Shown here piece after piece: positions 59,911-64,000 of a stretch of 64,000 nt of DNA (position 1 is its first letter; each line of letters starts with the position of its first letter). Location of the stretch: NCBI GenBank assembly GCA_950097015.1, contig CATNEN010000033.1, positions 2,046,001 to 2,110,000 of the forward strand, written 5' to 3'. The DNA comes from Macrostomum hystrix. Lineage: Eukaryota > Animalia > Platyhelminthes. The notes beneath the pieces were generated by a model that was not told the origin of the DNA, made no database searches, and saw only the letters and a list, made by a program, of their open reading frames with translations. A program made the position numbers and the translations under genes.

Positions 59911-61182
59911 TCATTTGCTCCGCTTATGAGATTGATTTATTGTTAACGCTTATCGTCGTCGAAGATCCGCTCCATAAAAGAACGCAGCCCGAGCCAATTT
60001 ATGGAAGCATGTACAAGTATTAATTATAACACGCGTATATAAAATGCTTAATGAGACAATACCTAATTAAAAAGCCCAGAAGACCATAACTTTTTGCGAA
60101 AGCAGAACAATAGAAACAAATAAAACACATTAGCAAATAATTTTCATCGATTCAGGTTTTCAGGTAGGCTTACTTTATATACAATACATTAAATTAACTA
60201 CGCATGCGTTTCTATTGTCCTAAATATGTATTCTGATACTGGACCAGTTTATTTTCTTTACTGAACTTTGAATAGACGTGCAAGAGAATAAATATATCGT
60301 ACGGCTAGTTTGACACGTCTGCTGCAGTCGGCAAATATTTATTTATTCTTAGTACTCTTTCGCTTTTTTTAGAATCGATGAATAGTATTTTCTAGACTTA
60401 TTTTAGGAAGCAAATTCAAAAAGTGTTATGCCGAGAACACAGAATAGTGTAAACCGATTTGTTCTAACAAGCACACATACTTGATAACTAAATTTAAAAT
60501 TAATAGGTTTCGTTTTGCGCCATCATGTTAGCACGCACGGGACGGAATCAGGTGTGTTTTTCCCAGTATGGCACGATCTCGAAATTTATTATAGTTTTCA
60601 GTGGCAGTATTTACAACCCTTTAGTGATTTCGATAATGGATTATCCTTTTATATGTCTACATAACAATAATCTTACGTTGTAGTAAACTGAAAATATTCA
60701 TTCATTGATAACTGTTAATATTCTTATAAGTTATGAAGTTTTTAATATATAGAAATTTGTAATAAAATGTGTAAAAACTCAATAATACGACTAATACATA
60801 CATTGCAATACAGATTTGCACTTGTAACTATATATAAACATGTCCAATATATCTGTAATGGTTGATGCCACTTTAACTGAGTACTAGGCCTAATCAACAA
60901 TTTTGGCTTTAGGAAATGAAGTTTTAAAATTGCCTATGCACATTTTTTGCTTTATTAGCTAATATGATATATTGTACTTGGCACTTAGGCCATATTCATA
61001 GATACAAGTGTTTGTAGTCTAACAATGTCAAGTTAAGAACAAAATAGTAGCTTATAGCTCAAGGGTTTTGAGTATATTGATATGTTATATATTTTAGATA
61101 GTAATATGCATATAAATGGTCATACCTATAGTACAAGTGGCAAACTGAATCAATTTATGTTTTATGCATTTGAATTGTTGCA

Positions 61183-61888
61183 ACTTTTGTCTCTGCTTTC
61201 TTTCTACTATTCACTTTCATTCTCTATACTTTTCTTGCTTACATTGTCTACAGTTTAATCTAGCTCTTTCTCTCTTGTTATCTCTGCTTGTGGCTAACCT
61301 CTCTTTCTCTTCCCCTCTTCCTTTCTAATTGGTTGCAACCCCATCAACGGCAAAATTATTATTCTTATTATCTAACCCACTTTCCTCCTTCCTCCTCTCT
61401 GATTGGTTGCAACCTTGCCTTAACTTCCAAGTACTATTATTTTCTAACATGCTGTCTAGCCCCCTATTTGCTAAACTACCATTCTCTATTAAATAAATGT
61501 TTAAATAAACCTCAGTGACATGAACATCTTCAAATTGGTTGACTTCAAATTCAGTATTTTCATTATCTAAAGACAAAATTTAAGGCATGAAGTTTCACAA
61601 CATGACATACAATGCGAGGCACAAGCAAATGTTCAATTTACTTGTGCAAATCAAACTCTATTAAATACTTCAAGCAAATAGGAAGTTTGACAGTGAATTA
61701 GAGAATATGAATATTTAGCAGTTGAGGTTAGGTCTTGACCAATCAGAAAGGGGCTAGGGAAAGAGAACCAGAGATAAGCCACAAGCAGAGATAATGAGAG
61801 AGAAAGAACTAGGTTGATCTAGACAATGTAAGCAAAAAAGTGCAGAGAATGAAACAGTGAATAGAGGACAGAAGGCAGAGACAAAAGT
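61183..61888. repeat. Diverged ~150-bp inverted repeat (61183-61334 / 61738-61888), old MITE or foldback
   Basis: acttttgtctctgc...ttgcttacattgtcta...atctctgcttgtggct matches the reverse complement of the second arm at roughly 80% by eye. Confidence 0.75.
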
Positions 61889-62944
61889 CAAGATACAACT
61901 AACCCAGTAAATTCAGTGTCTTAATGTAGTAGTCCAATACTTTATTGTGTTTCCTGTGTTTTAAAACTATACAGTGTATTTTAAATATTTTATATATATC
62001 TGCGGTTAAAAATCTATACATACAATATATTCTAAATATTTTATATATTTTAAGAAAATACTTTACTAAAACAAATCTTAAAACCATATATATAGGAGAG
62101 ATTGTTGCGAAAAATACACCTTGCCAGTGCGCCAAAGATAAGGCAATATGTGAGAGTCATCTTTGAATAAAGTGAAGTTGTTGTGTTATTCAATATAATA
62201 AGGAGGTAGTGCCCAATGTGGAAATAAGCAGAGATTGAGGCTGTGACCCTCTAATCCCAGAGAAATACACAGCAAAGACTGGAGAACAAGAGACCAGTGC
62301 ATTTGAAGGATAAACCACACGTGCAAAGCGCTACCTTAAGTGAAACCCTTTTCAGGGTCACCGGGAAAAGCATAAGGGAGAATATGAAGAGTTAGAGAGA
62401 GAAAGAAGGAATAATAGAGGCCAGAAGAATACACTACCAAGATAGAGGAAAATTAAAGCTATAAGCCCTGTTAGAATAATTTATGAAAAAATTCTAGATA
62501 ATTATGGTTTTGTACACAGAATGTTGTAAACTAGCAATATATTTTATTTTTCCTTTGCTTTTCTTTCATTTCTCTTTTTTCTGTATAGTTTTAATAAATA
62601 TATTCTTAATTCTCTAGATTGTAATATATAAAGGTTCGTTTCAGTTACATTTTGCTACATTGTTATTACAAATAAAAAGACAATATATTTCATGTACAAT
62701 TGAATATGATTTTTTAGTATTTAGCATTTTTCTAAATATATGTACCACATATTTCAGTTTCAGAGCTATGTCTGCAGTAAATTATATAAGCGTGACTTCA
62801 ACAAAACACCTATTCTTGGCTTGATATGTAAGTTTAATCAGAATATTCCGTTTTCGAAGTCGTAAATAAAAAACCGATGTGCAGGGAAAGTGCGCGCGTA
62901 CTACTACTTTTATTTAGTTTTCAGTAGTATCATTTTAATTTCAG

Positions 62945-63059
62945 GGACGCTACGCCGCCCAGTAGTTGCAGCTCAGTTGGTTATCGTAGTCTAACAGCCG
63001 CCTCCGCTGATGTTGCCGATAACTGTTTGTCCTCGGCTTCGCCTGGTGCCGTCACTAAC
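62945..63059 (+). CDS. Probable orphan internal exon (DATPPSSCSSVGYRSLTAASADVADNCLSSASPGAVTN)
   Basis: GC-rich island with ttttaatttcag acceptor, GTGAGT donor and one open frame; partner exons not found. Confidence 0.45.
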
Positions 63060-63112
63060 GTGAGTCTGTTGCATTGTATCCGTTAAGCTGCCAATTATCC
63101 GCCGGTCACCCT

Positions 63113-64000
63113 GTGAGTTGTCACTAATCCGCCAATCACTCAGTGAGTTGTCACTAATCCGCCAATCAATCAGTGAGTTGTCACTAATCCGCCAAACACT
63201 CAGTGAGTTGTCACTAATCCGCCAATCACTCAGTGAGTTGTCACTAATCTGCCAATCATTTAGTGAGTTGTCACTAATCCACCCGTCACTCAGTGGGTTG
63301 TCAATATCCGCCAATCACTCAGTGAGTTGTCACTAATCCGCCAATCACTCAGTGAATTGTCACTAATCCGCCAATCACTCAGTGAGTTGTCACTAATCCA
63401 CCCGTCACTCAGTGGGTTGTCAATATCCACCAATCACTCAGTGAGTTGTCACTAATCCGCCAATCACTCAGTGAGTTGTCACTAATCCGCCAATCACTCA
63501 GTGAGTTGTCACTAATCCACCAATCACTCAGTGAGTTGCCACTAATCCGCCAATCACTCAGTGAATTGTCACTAATCCGCCAATCACTCAGTGAATTGTC
63601 ACTAATCCGCCAATCACTCAGTGAGTTGTCACTAATCCACCAATCACTCAGTGAGTTGCCACTAATCCATCAATCACTCAGTGAATTGTCACTAATCCGC
63701 CAATCACTCAGTGAATTGTCACTAATCCATCAATCACTCAGTGAGTTGTCACTAATCCACCAATCACTCAGTGAATTGTCACTAATCCGCCAGTCACTCA
63801 GTGAGTTGTCACTAATCCACCAATCACTCAGTGAGTTGCCACTAATCCGCTAATCTCTCAGTGAGTTGCCACTAATCCGCCAATCTCTCAGTGAGTTGCC
63901 ACTAATCCGCCAATCTCCCTGTGAGTTGTCACTAATCCGCCAATCTCTCAGTGAGTTGCCACTAATCCGCTAATCTCCCTGTGAGTTGCCACTAATCCGC
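63113..64000. repeat. 30-bp minisatellite (tcactaatccgccaatcactcagtgagttg), runs off the window
   Basis: About 29 copies visible. Confidence 0.97.

Noticed and set aside
13136-64000. Dozens of long ORFs with periodic peptides (RPLHCTTF, VILTLKLSHA, NWGIIV, ETDPKEV, QIGGTDR, SELSLIRQSL and others)
   Set aside because: They are stop-free frames through minisatellites, open on both strands and in several frames; many lie inside introns with clear splice sites.
15407-64000. CRISPR arrays
   Set aside because: The repeats are head-to-tail with no unique spacers, no cas genes are present, and the context is eukaryotic.

Overview
This is eukaryotic, repeat-rich genomic DNA: GC-rich exons, AT-rich spacers, GT-AG introns and more than 20 distinct minisatellite arrays. 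The style suggests an invertebrate, plausibly a Macrostomum-like flatworm (inference only). Host genes rebuilt by hand from splice sites: a partial otopetrin-like channel (1-1044, -), an Ala-rich coiled-coil protein (1483-2957, -), a 3-exon PHYHD1-like dioxygenase (29200-32648, +), an unknown 850-bp exon with a weak mu-crystallin-like flavour (33582-34433, +), a 6-exon single-domain ACE (35317-41333, +), a 2-exon class A peptide GPCR (49286-56098, -) and an orphan exon (62945-63059, +). Mobile DNA: a complete 7.5-kb EnSpm/CACTA-type transposon (CCC termini, 2-bp TSD, transposase plus BEN-domain ORF) and a 15.6-kb structure with 3,271-bp near-identical inverted arms. The spacer between those arms holds two satellites and a TA-flanked MITE, and one TIR of that MITE is interrupted by a 5.5-kb LOA/R1-type non-LTR retrotransposon with a 12-bp TSD. 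This retroelement is the most striking object. Its first nucleotide starts a CPEB3/HDV-like ribozyme fold with a ~155-nt structured J1/2 insertion, it has a duplicated structured module at the ORF1 start, it encodes two tandem APE endonuclease domains, and its RT catalytic core is deleted. Most long ORFs in the supplied track are artefacts of tandem repeats. Several frameshifts are single-base indels in short homopolymers and may be assembly errors. All structures and homologies were read by eye; none was computed or searched.
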